A model generated the notes under the pieces. The model worked only from the letters and a program-made list of their open reading frames with translations, had not been told where the DNA came from and ran no database searches. A program made the translations under genes and the position numbers. From a virus, in IMG/VR virus record IMGVR_UViG_3300042869_000676, positions 1 to 64,000 of that record: a stretch of 64,000 nucleotides of DNA. One strand, given 5' to 3'. Shown here in pieces: positions 44,419 through 58,154 of the stretch (its first letter is position 1; the number at the start of each line of letters is the position of its first letter).

Positions 44419-44778
44419 ATGGCTATCACATATACATGGAAAGTAACAGGTATCAAGGTAAAAGACGAAGGCGCAAATAAGAACGCTATCGTTCAAACCT
44501 ACTGGAAAAAAATCGGTACAGACGAAAACGGCAACGTTGGAGAATTCTCTGGCGCTACTCCTTTCACAAGCGCGAACGTTCCTGACGGACAGTTCGTTGC
44601 ATTTGAAACTCTTACTGAAGCTAATGTTATCGCGTGGGTTCAAAGTGTCGTAACTGGCAGCTACGAAGAGCACGTTAACGAGCAAATCGCCAAGCAACTC
44701 GCTAAGAGCGATCCAGTAGAAATCAAAATGCCTTGGGATACTGGTGTTGCCCCTTCTGGCTCTGCTCCAACCCCATAA
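44419..44778 (+). CDS. fibre-associated small protein
   Basis: MAITYTW...F..LTEANVIAWV...MPW family common next to phage fibres. Confidence 0.6.
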   Translation: MAITYTWKVTGIKVKDEGANKNAIVQTYWKKIGTDENGNVGEFSGATPFTSANVPDGQFVAFETLTEANVIAWVQSVVTGSYEEHVNEQIAKQLAKSDPVEIKMPWDTGVAPSGSAPTP

Positions 44779-44893
44779 GTTAGGTTGAGTTTATATAGCA
44801 GCTATGTTTTAGCCTTAAATGGTTAAAATATAGTTCGTTTTATGCTCAATTTAACTGTAAATCTAGTTATCGGATTAAGGTAACTATAATAAC

Positions 44894-47800
44894 ATGGGTA
44901 AATACTACTTAGGTTCTCAATCAGGCGCGCAGGTAAACTTCTCAGTAGCAGATGCTACTGGAGTTATTAGCGACTTGAACTTAAGCGGTCTTTATCTTAG
45001 CGTAACTGGTAAAGCCGCCGATTCTGCGAAACTTAACGGAACTGGCGCTGACTATTATCGAAATGCTGGTAACTTAACTGGCTATATATTTGTTGATACA
45101 ACAGGAATCACAAATGATATTACTGGTTTATTAGATCTTCCTAATAACTACCTTTCAATTACTGGTAAAGCTGCCGATTCTAATCTCTTAGATGGATATG
45201 ATAGCTCTTATTTTAGAGATGGAAGTAATATTACAGGAAATGTAGTATTAAGCGGCGTTTTTACTGGTCTATTTAGCGGCGCAATATCTCATACTGATTA
45301 TGTTGATTTCCATACTGGAACAACGTTTGGTTCACTTCCAGCTCGTTTAAAATGGAACGAAGAAGATGGAACAATTGACCTTGGATTAAAAGGCGGAAAC
45401 GTAGTTCTTCAAGTTGGTCAAGATGCTGTTTCTTATGTATCAAATGCAGAAGCGACAACTCTTAATAAAGGTGAAGTTGTTTACTTATTCGGCGCTCATG
45501 GAGATCGCGCTTCTGTAAAAAGAGCTTCTAATTCTACTGAAGCTACATCAAGCAAAACATTAGGTGTTGTATTAGAATCTATTGCTCCAAACGGTGTTGG
45601 ATTTGTAATGTCTAACGGTGTTGTTGAAGGGCTTTCTCTTGGAAGTTTTCAAGCTGGTGATTCTGTTTGGCTAGGCTCAACACCCGGCACTTTTACTGCA
45701 ACTAGAGCGCTCGCTCCAAGTCATCTTGTTTTCATTGGTGTTATAGCTAGAGCAAATAACGGTAACGGTCAATTATACGTTAAAGTTCAAAACGGTTTTG
45801 AACTAAACGAAATTCATGACGTAAAAATTACTGGTTTAGCTAACAACGATTTCTTAATTTATAATAGCGGCTCTGGTCTTTGGGGAAATAAACAAGCTGA
45901 TGCTTCAATTATTGTTAACACTCCGTACAGCGGAATTTCTTCAACTAATGTTCAAGATGCAATCAACGAATTAGAAGATGAAAAACTTTCAATCACAGGA
46001 AAAGCTGTTGATTCAGATTCTTTAGACGGAAATGATTCAACGTATTATAGAAACGCCGCAAACTTAAGTGGTGTTGCTACTTTACCTTCTGGCGTTTTCA
46101 ATTATCTTAATGTTACTGGAACTCTTGACGCCGATTCTTTTGTTAGAAACGTAAATGTAAAAACTGGTCACTATACTTTAACAACTAGTGATGATAATAT
46201 TGTTTTTGATTCCGCTACTCCATATACTGCCACTTTAATCTCAGCTTCTTCTAATGTTGGTCGCCAATTTGTTATCACAAACAAAGGATCTGCGCAAATT
46301 ACTGTTGACGCTACTTACAATGGGCAAATTGATGGAGCTAATGCTTATTACTTAGAACAGTATAAGACTCTTGTTTTAATTAGTGATGGCGCAACTTGGA
46401 ATTCTGTTGGTGGTAGCCAAGGCGTTCAAGGCTCTCAAGGATTACAAGGCGTTCAAGGAACTCAAGGCGTTCAAGGAACGCAAGGAGTTCAAGGAACGCA
46501 AGGTGTTCAGGGCACACAAGGTATTCAAGGCACTCAAGGAGTTCAAGGTACGCAAGGAATTCAAGGATTGCTTGGTATTCAAGGAGCCGAAGGCGCGCAA
46601 GGCATTCAAGGAATTCAAGGTGTTCAAGGAACAACTGGTATTCAAGGATCTGCTGGTTATATCGGCGCAGACGGTTCTCAAGGCACTTTTGGTTCGCAAG
46701 GCACACAAGGAACTCAAGGAATTCAAGGTCTTCAAGGACTTGAAGGCTCACAAGGAACTCAAGGAGTTCAAGGCGTTCAAGGCGTTCAGGGAACTCAAGG
46801 CGTTCAAGGCGTTCAAGGATTGCAGGGCGTTCAAGGAACACAAGGAATTCAAGGCACTCAAGGCTTAGAAGGCTTACAAGGCGTTCAAGGCACACAAGGA
46901 GTTCAAGGAATTACTGGCGCTCAAGGAGCAACAGGCTCACAAGGAGCGCAGGGAACTCAAGGTATTCAAGGCTTAGAAGGTGCGCAAGGTACACAAGGAG
47001 TTCAAGGAACACAAGGAATTCAAGGATTAGAAGGACTGCAAGGCGTTCAAGGCACACAAGGAATTCAGGGCGTTCAAGGCACTCAAGGCGTTACTGGTTC
47101 TCAAGGTGCAACAGGCTCACAAGGCACTCAAGGCACTCAAGGAGTTCAAGGAATTACTGGATCACAAGGCGCACAAGGTACTCAAGGCGTTCAAGGCACT
47201 CAAGGTGTTCAAGGCGACAGAGGTATTGAAATTTCTACTTCTGCAACTGCTCCAGTTTCTGCTGAAGCTAATGATCTTTGGTGGAATTCTTCTGACGGTA
47301 ATTTAAATATTTATTATAGCAGCAATTGGGTAGAAGCTTTCTCTGCTATCGCTGGTCCACAAGGAACAACTGGTGGACAAGGTGTAACAGGCGCACAAGG
47401 AACTGCTGGAACATTCGGCGGCGCTGCTTTCGATTATACTTTCAGCGACTCAACAACTGACGCTGACCCAACATCTGGTAAACTTCGTTTAAATAACGCT
47501 CTATTCTCTTCTGCTACTGAATTATACATTAGCCAAACAGACGATTTAAGCGTTTCTATATACAATTTCTTACAGACCATTGATGATTCTACTTCTGCAA
47601 TCAAAGGTCACTTCTCGATCACTAGCAAAACAACTCCAGCTAATTCTGTTTTATTTAGTATCACTGGAAGTCATACTCATGCGACAAATTACTTTAAAGT
47701 TCCAGTAAGTAAATTATCTGGCGTAAATTCTTTCTCAAACAACGAAGACATTGTAATTACTTTTGCTAGAACTGGTGACGTTGGTGACGCTGGCGCTCAA

Positions 47801-50800
47801 GGTACACAAGGGTTGCAAGGCGTTCAAGGGTTGCAAGGCGTTCAAGGGTTGCAAGGCGTTCAAGGGTTGCAGGGCGTTCAAGGAATCCAAGGAGAAACTG
47901 GTTCGCAAGGAGCAACTGGTTCTCAAGGCGTTCAAGGGTTGCAGGGCGTTCAAGGATTGCAGGGATTAGAAGGTGCTCAAGGCGTTCAAGGCGTTCAAGG
48001 AACGCAAGGAATCCAAGGAGAAACTGGTCTACAAGGAGCAACTGGTAGCCAAGGAACACAAGGAGTTCAAGGAATCACTGGTCTGCAAGGCACGACGGGA
48101 TCACAAGGAACTCAAGGCGTTCAAGGAACTATTGGTTCTCAAGGAACTGCTGGTTACATTGGCGCTGATGGCGCACAAGGAGCAACTGGAACAACTGGCG
48201 CTCAAGGATCGCAAGGAATTCAAGGCGTTCAGGGTGTTCAGGGAGTTCAAGGCACTCAAGGTGTTCAGGGCACGCAAGGACTTCAAGGCGTTCAAGGATT
48301 GCAAGGCGTTCAAGGCGTTCAAGGCGTCACTGGCTCGCAAGGCGCTAGCGGCTACGTTGGTTCTGATGGCGCGCAAGGCTCCACAGGCGCGCAAGGCATT
48401 CAAGGCTTGCAAGGTGTTCAAGGTCTTAAAGGAACACAAATAACAACATCTGACTCTGCGCCCGGCTCTCCAACCGTTAATGATCTTTGGTGGAACTCCA
48501 CATCTGGTACATTGATGATTTATTACTATGATGGCGATACTTTTCAATGGGTAGATGCTGCTGCTGGCGCAGTTGGTTCGCAAGGTGCAACAGGTGCTCA
48601 AGGTGCAGTTGGTGCGCAAGGCGCAACTGGTTCACAAGGCGCTCAAGGAACTCAAGGAGTTCAGGGAGCTAACGGCTCGCAAGGAACAACTGGAGATACT
48701 GGTGCTCAAGGCTCAACTGGCGCTCAAGGCGTTCAAGGCATCACTGGTACGCAAGGTATCACTGGTCAAACAGGCGCTCAAGGAGCAACTGGCGCACAAG
48801 GAACTTCTGGAACAAACGGTTCACAAGGAACAACTGGTAGCCAAGGAGCTACTGGTACACAAGGAACAGTAGGAGCACAAGGAACAACTGGTGCTCAGGG
48901 CGTTCAAGGAACTTCGGGAGCTTCGATTCTTGGTACAGCGAATACTTGGGCAAATACAAATGCGTTTACGACGTTGAGCGCGAGCAGTTCAATCAGCGGT
49001 GCAGTTGGAGCATATTTTCCTTCTATTTCGCCCGCGCCATCTGGCTCTAATCTAGAAGTAGGTTATGACTCCGGCAGCAACATTGGTGTGTTACAGGCTT
49101 ACAATCGCACAGGCTCTGCTTGGCGCGATGTCGGAATGTATGGGTTGACTTCAAAACACTTTGCCAGCGGTTCCTTGATTGGCACATTCTCCTCCACCGG
49201 CCTCGCCGTGACCGGGGCGTTGTCGTCTACCACAGGAGCCAACTTTGCGACGAGCAGCGGCAACGTCGGCATTGGGACGAGTTCGCCTTCTGGATATTTG
49301 GCAAACAAACTTGTCATAAATACAGGCACTGATTACAACAATGGCATAACTATCGCTAGTGCATCAAATAGAAATGGCTCAATCTGGTTTGGTGATGGAA
49401 CAACGGGCAATGAGTCGTATCGTGGCGGCATTGATTATCAACACACCACAGACACATTGTATTTATACGCAGGTGCTTTAGGTAATTTCACACTCACCTC
49501 CACTGGCGTCGCCGTGACTGGAACAATTAGCGGTACTGGAGCAAATACATTTGTTTCAACCACAGCAAGTGGTAACTGGGGATTTGTTCACAGTAATTTT
49601 TATGCGGGTCAGGGTGGAAATGTATATAGCAAAGGTTTCAGCAGCGGAGCCATAGGCATCTTTAATGGAAGTGTCACTGCCCAAGATATTTATTTGTACA
49701 ATCAGAACGACCCAGGCGCCGGTATTCTTGTATTAAAAGCCAGCGGTAACGTCGGCATTGGGACGACGAGTCCTACGTCTAAACTGACAACATATTATAC
49801 AGGAATTTACGACAGTAATACTACTCGGTTTGTTGACATTGCTGGTGAGTTTTTTGGAACTGATCCATCTTCAGCCACTAACGCGGGAGCTTTTACTGGC
49901 ATAAGAATGGGTAACATTACGGCTGGAAAATACGCCATGATGGGCGCGGTTTCTGAAGATAATTTAGGTTTTTCAAGAGCGAATGGTTTATCTTTTTGGA
50001 CATCTCCGCAGGACACTGCGCCAATCGAGAGGTTGCGTATTAGCAACGCTGGTAACGTCGGCATTGGTACTGCGAGTCCTAGCGCAAAACTTGAAGTTAA
50101 TGCCGGAACTGGAACTCCTGCATTTAATAACGGAATTGCAATAGTAACAGGTAATAGTACATTTACTGATGGTCACGGTGGCATACTTCAGTTTCAAAAT
50201 GAAGATGTGATAACGGCAGCAGTTAGAGGAATAAGAGAAGCTGGTTGGGGTTCTGCGATAGCTCTATATACCCATAATACAAGTTCCGGAAATACATTTG
50301 GCACTACTGTCGTAGAGAGAATGCGCATCGACAGCAGCGGCACTCTGCTGGTGGGGACGACAAATACTGATCCAACATTTAACCGTGTTAATGGCACAAA
50401 CATTACGAGCGATGGAAGAATTTATGCGCGAGCTACTGGTTCTTGGGACTTAGGTGCCAATAGCTCTACTCCAATTCATATTGCATTTTATACAGACAAC
50501 GGCTCTGCGCGGGTAAATGCTGGCTCAATTAGTTCGTCTGGCAGCACCACAACCTACGCAACCAGTTCCGACTATCGCCGCAAATCTAACGTCCAAGACC
50601 TTACTGGCAGCGGCGCGTTTATCGACGCTCTAAAACCGCGCACGTTCGATTGGGATACTGGCGACAAGGGCGTTGGTTTCGTTGCTCACGAATTTGCTGA
50701 GGTATCTCCTTCGTCTGTTAGTGGCGAAAAAGACGCCGTAGATTCTGACGGCAAGCCTGTCTATCAAGCCATGCAAGCCTCCTCATCTGAAGTTATCGCC

Positions 50801-50860
50801 AACCTAGTTGCAGAACTTCAATCCCTACGCGCCCGCGTAGCCGCACTCGAAACCAACTAA
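44894..50860 (+). CDS. 1988-aa collagen-like fibre with GNVGIGT repeats and S74 chaperone
   Basis: Several long G-X-Q tracts, two DLWWNS domains, SDYRRKSNV...GFVAHE. Confidence 0.85.
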   Translation: MGKYYLGSQSGAQVNFSVADATGVISDLNLSGLYLSVTGKAADSAKLNGTGADYYRNAGNLTGYIFVDTTGITNDITGLLDLPNNYLSITGKAADSNLLDGYDSSYFRDGSNITGNVVLSGVFTGLFSGAISHTDYVDFHTGTTFGSLPARLKWNEEDGTIDLGLKGGNVVLQVGQDAVSYVSNAEATTLNKGEVVYLFGAHGDRASVKRASNSTEATSSKTLGVVLESIAPNGVGFVMSNGVVEGLSLGSFQAGDSVWLGSTPGTFTATRALAPSHLVFIGVIARANNGNGQLYVKVQNGFELNEIHDVKITGLANNDFLIYNSGSGLWGNKQADASIIVNTPYSGISSTNVQDAINELEDEKLSITGKAVDSDSLDGNDSTYYRNAANLSGVATLPSGVFNYLNVTGTLDADSFVRNVNVKTGHYTLTTSDDNIVFDSATPYTATLISASSNVGRQFVITNKGSAQITVDATYNGQIDGANAYYLEQYKTLVLISDGATWNSVGGSQGVQGSQGLQGVQGTQGVQGTQGVQGTQGVQGTQGIQGTQGVQGTQGIQGLLGIQGAEGAQGIQGIQGVQGTTGIQGSAGYIGADGSQGTFGSQGTQGTQGIQGLQGLEGSQGTQGVQGVQGVQGTQGVQGVQGLQGVQGTQGIQGTQGLEGLQGVQGTQGVQGITGAQGATGSQGAQGTQGIQGLEGAQGTQGVQGTQGIQGLEGLQGVQGTQGIQGVQGTQGVTGSQGATGSQGTQGTQGVQGITGSQGAQGTQGVQGTQGVQGDRGIEISTSATAPVSAEANDLWWNSSDGNLNIYYSSNWVEAFSAIAGPQGTTGGQGVTGAQGTAGTFGGAAFDYTFSDSTTDADPTSGKLRLNNALFSSATELYISQTDDLSVSIYNFLQTIDDSTSAIKGHFSITSKTTPANSVLFSITGSHTHATNYFKVPVSKLSGVNSFSNNEDIVITFARTGDVGDAGAQGTQGLQGVQGLQGVQGLQGVQGLQGVQGIQGETGSQGATGSQGVQGLQGVQGLQGLEGAQGVQGVQGTQGIQGETGLQGATGSQGTQGVQGITGLQGTTGSQGTQGVQGTIGSQGTAGYIGADGAQGATGTTGAQGSQGIQGVQGVQGVQGTQGVQGTQGLQGVQGLQGVQGVQGVTGSQGASGYVGSDGAQGSTGAQGIQGLQGVQGLKGTQITTSDSAPGSPTVNDLWWNSTSGTLMIYYYDGDTFQWVDAAAGAVGSQGATGAQGAVGAQGATGSQGAQGTQGVQGANGSQGTTGDTGAQGSTGAQGVQGITGTQGITGQTGAQGATGAQGTSGTNGSQGTTGSQGATGTQGTVGAQGTTGAQGVQGTSGASILGTANTWANTNAFTTLSASSSISGAVGAYFPSISPAPSGSNLEVGYDSGSNIGVLQAYNRTGSAWRDVGMYGLTSKHFASGSLIGTFSSTGLAVTGALSSTTGANFATSSGNVGIGTSSPSGYLANKLVINTGTDYNNGITIASASNRNGSIWFGDGTTGNESYRGGIDYQHTTDTLYLYAGALGNFTLTSTGVAVTGTISGTGANTFVSTTASGNWGFVHSNFYAGQGGNVYSKGFSSGAIGIFNGSVTAQDIYLYNQNDPGAGILVLKASGNVGIGTTSPTSKLTTYYTGIYDSNTTRFVDIAGEFFGTDPSSATNAGAFTGIRMGNITAGKYAMMGAVSEDNLGFSRANGLSFWTSPQDTAPIERLRISNAGNVGIGTASPSAKLEVNAGTGTPAFNNGIAIVTGNSTFTDGHGGILQFQNEDVITAAVRGIREAGWGSAIALYTHNTSSGNTFGTTVVERMRIDSSGTLLVGTTNTDPTFNRVNGTNITSDGRIYARATGSWDLGANSSTPIHIAFYTDNGSARVNAGSISSSGSTTTYATSSDYRRKSNVQDLTGSGAFIDALKPRTFDWDTGDKGVGFVAHEFAEVSPSSVSGEKDAVDSDGKPVYQAMQASSSEVIANLVAELQSLRARVAALETN

Positions 50861-50905
50861 TATACCTATTAGAAACTAACAGAAATTAATGTAAAATAAT
50901 ATAGT

Positions 50906-53629
50906 ATGGCCGTTCCAATTTCATTTCCCGCAAACCCGACTGTAAATCAAGTCTATACTAACGCCCAAAACAAAAATTGGCGCTGGAACGGTACGTCTTG
51001 GAAAGCTTTCAACAGCTCTTTCTTTGATACTACAAATGCGGACAATATTGTAACTGGAACACTTGCTAATGCGCGAATTCATTCAGTATTAACTGGAAAG
51101 ACATATAACGGAATTTCGCCAACAACTCATACCACCGGGTTCTCTGTTGCTGGTGGAAGTGAAACTAGCAAAACTTTAACTGTTCGCAACACTTTAGCTA
51201 TTCAAGGAACTGATAATGGTTATTTGGATATTGGAGCTGGTGGAGTTCTTAAGAGCGCCGCTTTTACTGATGCTTCGCAAGGAACTACAGGCGCGCAGGG
51301 TACGCAGGGCGTGCAAGGCACTCAAGGAGTGCAGGGAACTACTGGTATTCAAGGGTCGCAGGGCGTTCAGGGGTTGCAGGGAGTTCAGGGTACTCAAGGT
51401 ATCACTGGCTCGCAAGGTGCGACAGGATCGCAAGGAACTGGTGGAACAATCGGCGTAAATGGCGCTCAAGGTTCAACTGGAGCTACTGGTTCGCAGGGTA
51501 CTACAGGAACAACAGGAACAACAGGAGCTACAGGCTCGCAAGGTGCTCAAGGAACGCAAGGAAGAACAGGCGCGCAGGGAACAACAGGAACTACTGGTAA
51601 TACTGGTAATACTGGTTCGCAAGGCGCGACAGGCTCAACAGGTAATACTGGTAATACTGGTTCTACTGGCGCAACTGGCGCAACAGGCGCACAAGGAACT
51701 TCGGGTGCAACAATTTTAGGTAACACTCAAGCTTGGAGTGCGGTAAATTCTTATAATTATCTTAGTGCAAGTGGAATTGCAAATAGTTCGTTTAGTATTG
51801 GCACTTCCGTACTTGGTGGCGTTCATATTAATCCAGGCGGTGGGACTGGTGGAGGAAATTCCTACGAAGGCGCAATTACTTTCGGCGTTGGTAACAATGC
51901 AGCTGCTCAAGCTGGTATTTACGTAAGTAATAACGGCAGTGAAGGTACTCATATGGCTTTTGCTACTACGGACAGTTACGCAACTGGCCCGCAGATTGGT
52001 TTGAGAATTATGAATACTGGTTATTCATATTTTCCAAGAAACTATGTTGAATCTGCTGGAAGTTTTCGCGCTCCATTATTTTATGATAGTAATAATACAA
52101 GTTATTATTGTGATCCAGCGAGCGGAACTAATCTTAATGGAACATTTGTAAATAATGGCGGAACAACAATGACTGGTGGTTGGAATCGCAGCATGCTTTT
52201 GTCTGCCACGTTTCCAGTTCTTGTATTTGGTTCTAATGCTACAAAATTTTCGGGAATAGGTGTTGATTACAGTAGTGCCGCAGCAGGAATGTTTTTCTGG
52301 GTTAACGGTTCCAGCAGTGATATTAGCGGAACTGGAAACGTAGCTCTTGGTATTAATACTGGTAATTATGTAACAGCTTATGGTTCATTCCGCGCACCAA
52401 TTTTCTATGACAGTAATGATACAGGATATTATTGCGATCCAGCCAGTACCAGTAGATTAAATGCAATTACCTATACTAATATGTATAGTTCGGCTAGTTC
52501 GGCTTACGGGTTTTTTGGAAATAATGTTTATACAGATACTGTAAATTCTGGCGCTGCTGGTGATCCATTGGAATTATGTTATCATACAGGAGCTTATACT
52601 ACTACATCTGGTAGTATGCGAGCGCCACTTTTTTATGATAGCAGTAATACTTCATATTATTGTGATCCTGCATCTACATCAGTATTGTATAGAACATTAA
52701 CTTCTCATGTTTCTCTAGATTCAACGCGTGTTGTTGCTCCAGGAGGTGGATCATATACAACTCAATCATCCTCTATTACTGGTGCGATTAAAATTAAACT
52801 TCCAACAGCCAAGCTTAATTCAAATACGATGTTGCGTTTTACTGTTAAAATTTACCAGTATAGCACGGGTTTATGTCATGAATTTAATATTGGTGGATAT
52901 AATTACAATGGTGGTCAATGGTATAATGTATTTGCAACTCAAGTTAGCGATGGATCGACTTCTCCATATACCGTAAGATTTGGTTATGATTCGACTGCAA
53001 ATTGTATTTGGATAGGAGAAACTGGCAGTTCTTGGTATTATCCTCAAGTTTTCGTAACCGATTTTCAAGCAGGATATTCAGCAATTAATAGTGATTGGGC
53101 TGACGGTTGGGAAGTCAGTTATGTAACTTCTTTCAATTCAGTAACTGAATCTAGAGTAGCTTCAATGGCGTTCACAACCAATAATGGTTCTGGAACAACA
53201 TTATATGCTACTATTTTTTACGACGCTAACAATACCGCATATTATGTAGATCCAACTGATAGTTCCACTTCTATTCGTTGCGCTGGGAATATCACAGCTT
53301 ATTACTCCGACGAACGCTTAAAAACCCATTTAGGTAAAATTGAAAACGCAGTTGATAAAGTCAAAACATTAGAAGGTTTCTATTACGAAGCTAACTCTAT
53401 CGCTCAATCTTTTGGCTATAAAGTTAAACGTGAAGTTGGCGTAGGCGCACAAGCTGTTCAAAAAGTTCTTCCCGAAATCGTTTCAGAAGCGCCAGCTTCT
53501 GCGAAATACCTTACGATTGATTACTCAAAGCTAGCTCCTCTTCTCATTGAAGCAATTAAAGAACAACAACAACAGATTGAACACCAACAACTCCAAATCG
53601 AAGAACTAAAAGCGTTAATTAAAAAATAA
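50906..53629 (+). CDS. collagen-like fibre with RAPxFYDS repeats and S74 chaperone
   Basis: G-X-Y tract, [15 protein letters not shown]-type repeats, SDERLK...LLIEAIKE. Confidence 0.85.
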   Translation: MAVPISFPANPTVNQVYTNAQNKNWRWNGTSWKAFNSSFFDTTNADNIVTGTLANARIHSVLTGKTYNGISPTTHTTGFSVAGGSETSKTLTVRNTLAIQGTDNGYLDIGAGGVLKSAAFTDASQGTTGAQGTQGVQGTQGVQGTTGIQGSQGVQGLQGVQGTQGITGSQGATGSQGTGGTIGVNGAQGSTGATGSQGTTGTTGTTGATGSQGAQGTQGRTGAQGTTGTTGNTGNTGSQGATGSTGNTGNTGSTGATGATGAQGTSGATILGNTQAWSAVNSYNYLSASGIANSSFSIGTSVLGGVHINPGGGTGGGNSYEGAITFGVGNNAAAQAGIYVSNNGSEGTHMAFATTDSYATGPQIGLRIMNTGYSYFPRNYVESAGSFRAPLFYDSNNTSYYCDPASGTNLNGTFVNNGGTTMTGGWNRSMLLSATFPVLVFGSNATKFSGIGVDYSSAAAGMFFWVNGSSSDISGTGNVALGINTGNYVTAYGSFRAPIFYDSNDTGYYCDPASTSRLNAITYTNMYSSASSAYGFFGNNVYTDTVNSGAAGDPLELCYHTGAYTTTSGSMRAPLFYDSSNTSYYCDPASTSVLYRTLTSHVSLDSTRVVAPGGGSYTTQSSSITGAIKIKLPTAKLNSNTMLRFTVKIYQYSTGLCHEFNIGGYNYNGGQWYNVFATQVSDGSTSPYTVRFGYDSTANCIWIGETGSSWYYPQVFVTDFQAGYSAINSDWADGWEVSYVTSFNSVTESRVASMAFTTNNGSGTTLYATIFYDANNTAYYVDPTDSSTSIRCAGNITAYYSDERLKTHLGKIENAVDKVKTLEGFYYEANSIAQSFGYKVKREVGVGAQAVQKVLPEIVSEAPASAKYLTIDYSKLAPLLIEAIKEQQQQIEHQQLQIEELKALIKK

Positions 53630-53635
53630 TTTAAA

Positions 53636-56600
53636 ATGGCCCTTAATTTCCCAACATCACCAGAACTAAATCAAGTTTATACCAGCGGCACCCGGAGTTG
53701 GCGTTGGGATGGCTCGTCTTGGGTCGCAAACAATAGCGTAACGAATATATTAGGCTATATCCCGGTTAATAAGGCGGGCGACACTATGAGTGGCGGCTTA
53801 AATGTGCCAAATGTTAACGCTGTTACTGTTACGGCGAATTCTAGTGGATTTAGCATCGCTGGTGGTAGTTCTTCGTCAAAAACTTTAACTGTTTCAAATG
53901 GAGTAACTATTGCTGGAACAGATGGTTCAACTTTAAATATTGGCGCTGGTGGAACTCTTTTAAGTGGCGCTTTTCAAGCTTCTTCGCAAGGAACAACTGG
54001 CGCGCAAGGCGTGCAAGGAACAACTGGTTCGCAAGGCGCTCAAGGAACAGATGGAGTACAAGGAAACACAGGCGCACAAGGCACACAAGGACTTACTGGA
54101 CCTAATGGCATACAGGGCGCAACTGGAACTCAAGGCTCTACAGGAACTCAAGGAGCAACTGGCGTTCAAGGTTCAACTGGTGCTCAAGGAATTCAAGGAA
54201 TTACTGGTTCGCAAGGTGCAACTGGAACGCAAGGAGCAGTAGGTTCAACAGGCGGAACAGGAGCAACTGGCTCTACTGGCGTTCAAGGTTCAACTGGCGC
54301 TCAAGGAACTTCGGGCGCATCTATTTTAGGAACTAATAACACTTGGACTGGAACAAATGCGTTTACTTATCCGTCAGGCACCGCAATTATTTCATTAGAT
54401 AGTACAGCTTCTTTAGGTACTGGTACTGGACTCAGCCTTGCTTGGAGATCGTATTCAAATTCGGGAAATAGTATTCTAGCAACAACAGCTGCTATGAGAG
54501 GAGCTAGAGAAAACTCTACTTCTGGTAATTATGCTGGTTTATTTTCTATATATACCACAGATTCTGGTGGATCTAATCTTGAGCGTTTTCATATTAATAG
54601 TAGTGGAAATGTTGGTATTGGTACGACGAGTCCTGCTGCAAAACTCCATGTCAATGGTGGTGAAATTTACGTTCAAAGCACCGACTATGGTCGCGTAATG
54701 TTTGTTCGTGGTAGTACTAGCATTTGGGCTGTTGGACCAAGAAACACGGACGATCTTTACATTCGCCGCGAAGGTGGGTCGGCAAATGTGATTTTTGATG
54801 GTGGCAACGTCGGCATTGGCGTAACCGCACCAACAGCTTCCTTACAGGTTGCTTCGTCTTCTGCTCTTGCTGCCGGTAATCCTTCAATTATTTTGCAAGG
54901 CTCAAATAACACAGAGCGGATTAGTATCCGCAGCACATCCGCGTCTGTATTTGTTGCTCAATTTGCCAATGGCACACTTGCAAGCCCAACGGCTGTAACC
55001 ACTGGCAACTTTCTTGGTAGCTACCAATTTGGCGGATATGCTGCAACGCTTTGGACTAGGGGCGCACAAGTCTCTGGTTCTGCCGCTGGCACATGGACAG
55101 ACACAAGCACCCCAGCAAATATAGTATTTGAAACAGTTCCCTCAGGCTCTACAGGATTTTTAGAACGTATGCGTATCGACAGCAGCGGTAACGTCGGTAT
55201 TGGAACGGCAAGTCCTGCAAATAGATTATCGGTCGCTGGTTCAGGTACATCGCTATTTCACTTTTTAGGCGAAGGTAATACATATTATGTATTACGTTCT
55301 AGAAATAGTGCAGATAGCGCGTTTGCTGATTTAGTATTAAGAACTGATGATTTTGTAATAGAAGCAGGAACTTCTGGAGCAGTAACCGAACGTCTTAGAT
55401 TAGGAGATACTGGTAATTTTAATATAGATTCAGGAACATTTTTTGTTGACGCTCTAAATGACAGGGTCGGCATTGGTACGACGAGTCCTGCTTATAAATT
55501 ACATCTCAGTGGAGGTTCTGATACTCGTATTCAAATAGACGCAACCTCTACTCAAGGATTTTATTTTACAAAGGCAGGAACTAATAACGGAACATTTCGC
55601 GTAGATACTGACGGTAATTTTGAGTTTTACACCAAGACGGTTTCCCAAGCAATGGTTCTAACGGCTGCTGGCAAAGTCGGCATTGGGACGACGAGTCCCG
55701 GAGCAACATTAGACGTAAACGGAAACGGACGTTTTATACAAAACGCCGCAGCGACGACAGGAGCAATTATTCTTCGTCAAGCCGCAGCAGATGCGGAAGG
55801 TTCATTCATTCAGTGGGTCAATAATGCGAACACCGTTGAAAAAGGTTGGTTTACTGTAGATACATCTAGCAACATGAAATTTGCTACGGTTTCTACCGAG
55901 CGGATGCGTATAACTTCGACAGGCAACGTAGGTATTGGGACTAGCTCACCTGGTAACTTTAGATTGAATGTCACATATAGTACAGGTAATTATGCGCCTG
56001 TAGAATTTAGCGGACCAGGAGTAGCGGCTTGGGGTATTGGATTAGTTGTGCGAACAACTGGCGGCACTGATGGTGCGGCAATTTTATTAAGAAACCGTGA
56101 CGTAAAAAACTGGCAAATTCGTGGTGAAGCTAGCGGAACAGGATTTCATATTACAGAAGATGGTGGTGATGGAAATTACGGTAGCGGATTCGGTACTGCA
56201 AGATTGACGATTGCTGCTGGCGGCGCTGTCAATATTCCCGGTTCTCTTTCCAAAGGTTCTGGCTCATTCCGCATTGAACATCCACTACCTTCAAAATCCG
56301 AAACCCACGAACTTGTTCACTCTTTCATCGAAGGTCCACAAGCTGATCTTATTTATCGCGGTAAAGCAACACTAGTAAACGGTGCTGCATCCGTGAATAT
56401 TGACACCTCCGCCACTATGACAGAAGGCACATTTGAAGCTCTCTGCCGTGAAGTTCAATGTTTCACTACTAACGAAAGCGGTTGGACTGCTATTCGTGGA
56501 AAAGTTACAGGCAATATTCTCACAATTCAAGCTCAAGATTCTACCTGCACAGACGAAATTTCTTGGATGGTAATTGGCGAACGCCAAGACAAACATATGA

Positions 56601-56704
56601 TGGATACTGAATGGACAGACGAAAATGGTAAAGTAATTGTTGAGCCTTTAAAACCAGTTAAAGAATTAGCAAGCGATAGTGAAACAACAGAAACTAATTC
56701 TTAA
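53636..56704 (+). CDS. collagen-like fibre with GNVGIGT repeats
   Basis: G-X-Y tract, six G.VGIG repeats, C-terminal [11 protein letters not shown]...LVHSFIEGP...YRG domain. Confidence 0.85.
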   Translation: MALNFPTSPELNQVYTSGTRSWRWDGSSWVANNSVTNILGYIPVNKAGDTMSGGLNVPNVNAVTVTANSSGFSIAGGSSSSKTLTVSNGVTIAGTDGSTLNIGAGGTLLSGAFQASSQGTTGAQGVQGTTGSQGAQGTDGVQGNTGAQGTQGLTGPNGIQGATGTQGSTGTQGATGVQGSTGAQGIQGITGSQGATGTQGAVGSTGGTGATGSTGVQGSTGAQGTSGASILGTNNTWTGTNAFTYPSGTAIISLDSTASLGTGTGLSLAWRSYSNSGNSILATTAAMRGARENSTSGNYAGLFSIYTTDSGGSNLERFHINSSGNVGIGTTSPAAKLHVNGGEIYVQSTDYGRVMFVRGSTSIWAVGPRNTDDLYIRREGGSANVIFDGGNVGIGVTAPTASLQVASSSALAAGNPSIILQGSNNTERISIRSTSASVFVAQFANGTLASPTAVTTGNFLGSYQFGGYAATLWTRGAQVSGSAAGTWTDTSTPANIVFETVPSGSTGFLERMRIDSSGNVGIGTASPANRLSVAGSGTSLFHFLGEGNTYYVLRSRNSADSAFADLVLRTDDFVIEAGTSGAVTERLRLGDTGNFNIDSGTFFVDALNDRVGIGTTSPAYKLHLSGGSDTRIQIDATSTQGFYFTKAGTNNGTFRVDTDGNFEFYTKTVSQAMVLTAAGKVGIGTTSPGATLDVNGNGRFIQNAAATTGAIILRQAAADAEGSFIQWVNNANTVEKGWFTVDTSSNMKFATVSTERMRITSTGNVGIGTSSPGNFRLNVTYSTGNYAPVEFSGPGVAAWGIGLVVRTTGGTDGAAILLRNRDVKNWQIRGEASGTGFHITEDGGDGNYGSGFGTARLTIAAGGAVNIPGSLSKGSGSFRIEHPLPSKSETHELVHSFIEGPQADLIYRGKATLVNGAASVNIDTSATMTEGTFEALCREVQCFTTNESGWTAIRGKVTGNILTIQAQDSTCTDEISWMVIGERQDKHMMDTEWTDENGKVIVEPLKPVKELASDSETTETNS

Positions 56705-56768
56705 AATACACCAACAACACAACAAAAACTTATTAGATAAAAACGTTGTTTAATTAATAATAAATAAA

Positions 56769-57734
56769 ATGCCACTCCCGGTATCACCAAATCCAATTTC
56801 CCTTAACCTAGTTAATTTAGAACTTGGTCTTGCAGGAACAGCGACGATTTCAATGAACGACGCTGCTGTGCGTACTCTTGCTGGTGTTGGCGGCAGTGGC
56901 ACAACGATTTCTATGAGTAATTTGCATGGAAAGAGTAATTCTATTTCAGCTACTGGTGGCACAGTAACTACAAGCGGCGGATATAAGATACATACATTTA
57001 CTTCTTCTGGAACTTTCTCGGTTTCATCAGTTCCTTCTGGAGCTACAATAAGATATTTAGTAGTTGCTGGAGGTGGCGGTGGCGGTGGAGCTTCTGGCTT
57101 TTTCGGAGCTGGTGGTGGAGCTGGCGGATTAAGATATAGTGGGTCATACTCAATTTCGGCTGGAAGTTACGCTGTAACAGTTGGCGGCGGCGGTGGTGGA
57201 GCTGCGCGTGGTGACGGAGGATCTGGAGCTACTGGATCAGGATCTTCTTTTGCCTCTATTTCTAGCTCAAGCGGTGGTGGCGGCGGAGCTTACGGAAATA
57301 ACGGAGGCGGTAACGGAGGTTCTGGCGGTGGCGCTGCTCAATCTCACGCGTCTATAGGCTATGCTGATGGAGGCGGCAGCGGGAATAACGGAGGAGAAGG
57401 AAGTCCATGGGGACGCGGCGGCGGTGGTGGCGCAGGAGCTGTAGGCGGAAACGCTATTGATGGAAATCTTCAAGGAGGAGCTGGCGGATCTGGTCTTTCT
57501 TACGATATTTCAGGAACTAGTACAGCTTACGCTGGAGGCGGTGGTGGCGCTGGATATTATGTTGGAGGAGGCGCTGGTTCTGGAGGTGGTGGCACTGGTG
57601 GCGTAGGGCAAAGTGACGTTGGCGCAACAGCTGGCCAATCTGGAACTGGCGGTGGTGGCGGTGGCGGAACAAATTCTAACGGCGGACAAAACGGAGGTTC
57701 TGGAGTAGTTATCATTAGTTACTTAGGAGCTTAA
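56769..57734 (+). CDS. glycine-rich fibre tip/adhesin-like protein
   Basis: ISLNLVNLELG N-terminus, ATGG...HTFTSSG, LVVAGGGGGG, GGSGVVII. Confidence 0.75.
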   Translation: MPLPVSPNPISLNLVNLELGLAGTATISMNDAAVRTLAGVGGSGTTISMSNLHGKSNSISATGGTVTTSGGYKIHTFTSSGTFSVSSVPSGATIRYLVVAGGGGGGGASGFFGAGGGAGGLRYSGSYSISAGSYAVTVGGGGGGAARGDGGSGATGSGSSFASISSSSGGGGGAYGNNGGGNGGSGGGAAQSHASIGYADGGGSGNNGGEGSPWGRGGGGGAGAVGGNAIDGNLQGGAGGSGLSYDISGTSTAYAGGGGGAGYYVGGGAGSGGGGTGGVGQSDVGATAGQSGTGGGGGGGTNSNGGQNGGSGVVIISYLGA

Positions 57735-57744
57735 TAAAAATTTT

Positions 57745-58089
57745 ATGGCACACTTCGCAGAAATTAATTCGCAAAATCTAGTATTAAGAGTTCTTGTTGT
57801 TCCTGATGAAGAACAGCATCGCGGACAAGAGTTCTTAGCTAGTGACCTTAAACTTGGAGGAACTTGGATTCAAACAAGTTATAATGGAACTATTAGAAAA
57901 AATTACGCAGGAATAGGAGATACCTATGATTCTTCTAGAGATGCTTTTATTTCTCCTAAACCGTTTCCATCATTCGTTCTAAACGAACAAACTTGCAGAT
58001 GGCAAGCTCCAGTGCCATGCCCAAGCGGAGAACTTCATGAGTGGAACGAAGCTTCTTTAAACTGGATTTTAGTTCAACCTCCTGTTTAA
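57745..58089 (+). CDS. small partner of glycine-rich protein
   Basis: MAHFAEI...WIQTSYN...RKNYAGIG.TYD..RDAFI.PKP. Confidence 0.7.
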   Translation: MAHFAEINSQNLVLRVLVVPDEEQHRGQEFLASDLKLGGTWIQTSYNGTIRKNYAGIGDTYDSSRDAFISPKPFPSFVLNEQTCRWQAPVPCPSGELHEWNEASLNWILVQPPV

Positions 58090-58104
58090 AAAAATCTAAC
58101 CAAT

Positions 58105-58133
58105 AAAAAAGCCCCGAATTTCTTCGGGGCTTT
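58105..58133. terminator. bidirectional terminator between convergent late operons
   Basis: A6-GCCCCGAA-4-TTCGGGGC-TTT. Confidence 0.85.
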
Positions 58134-58154
58134 GTTGTTTATGGGGTATTTAGT

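Noticed and set aside
42424-57734. Diversity-generating retroelement or invertase shufflon acting on fibre tips
   Set aside because: No reverse transcriptase or recombinase in the window, no adenine-specific TR/VR pair noticed, no inverted cassettes
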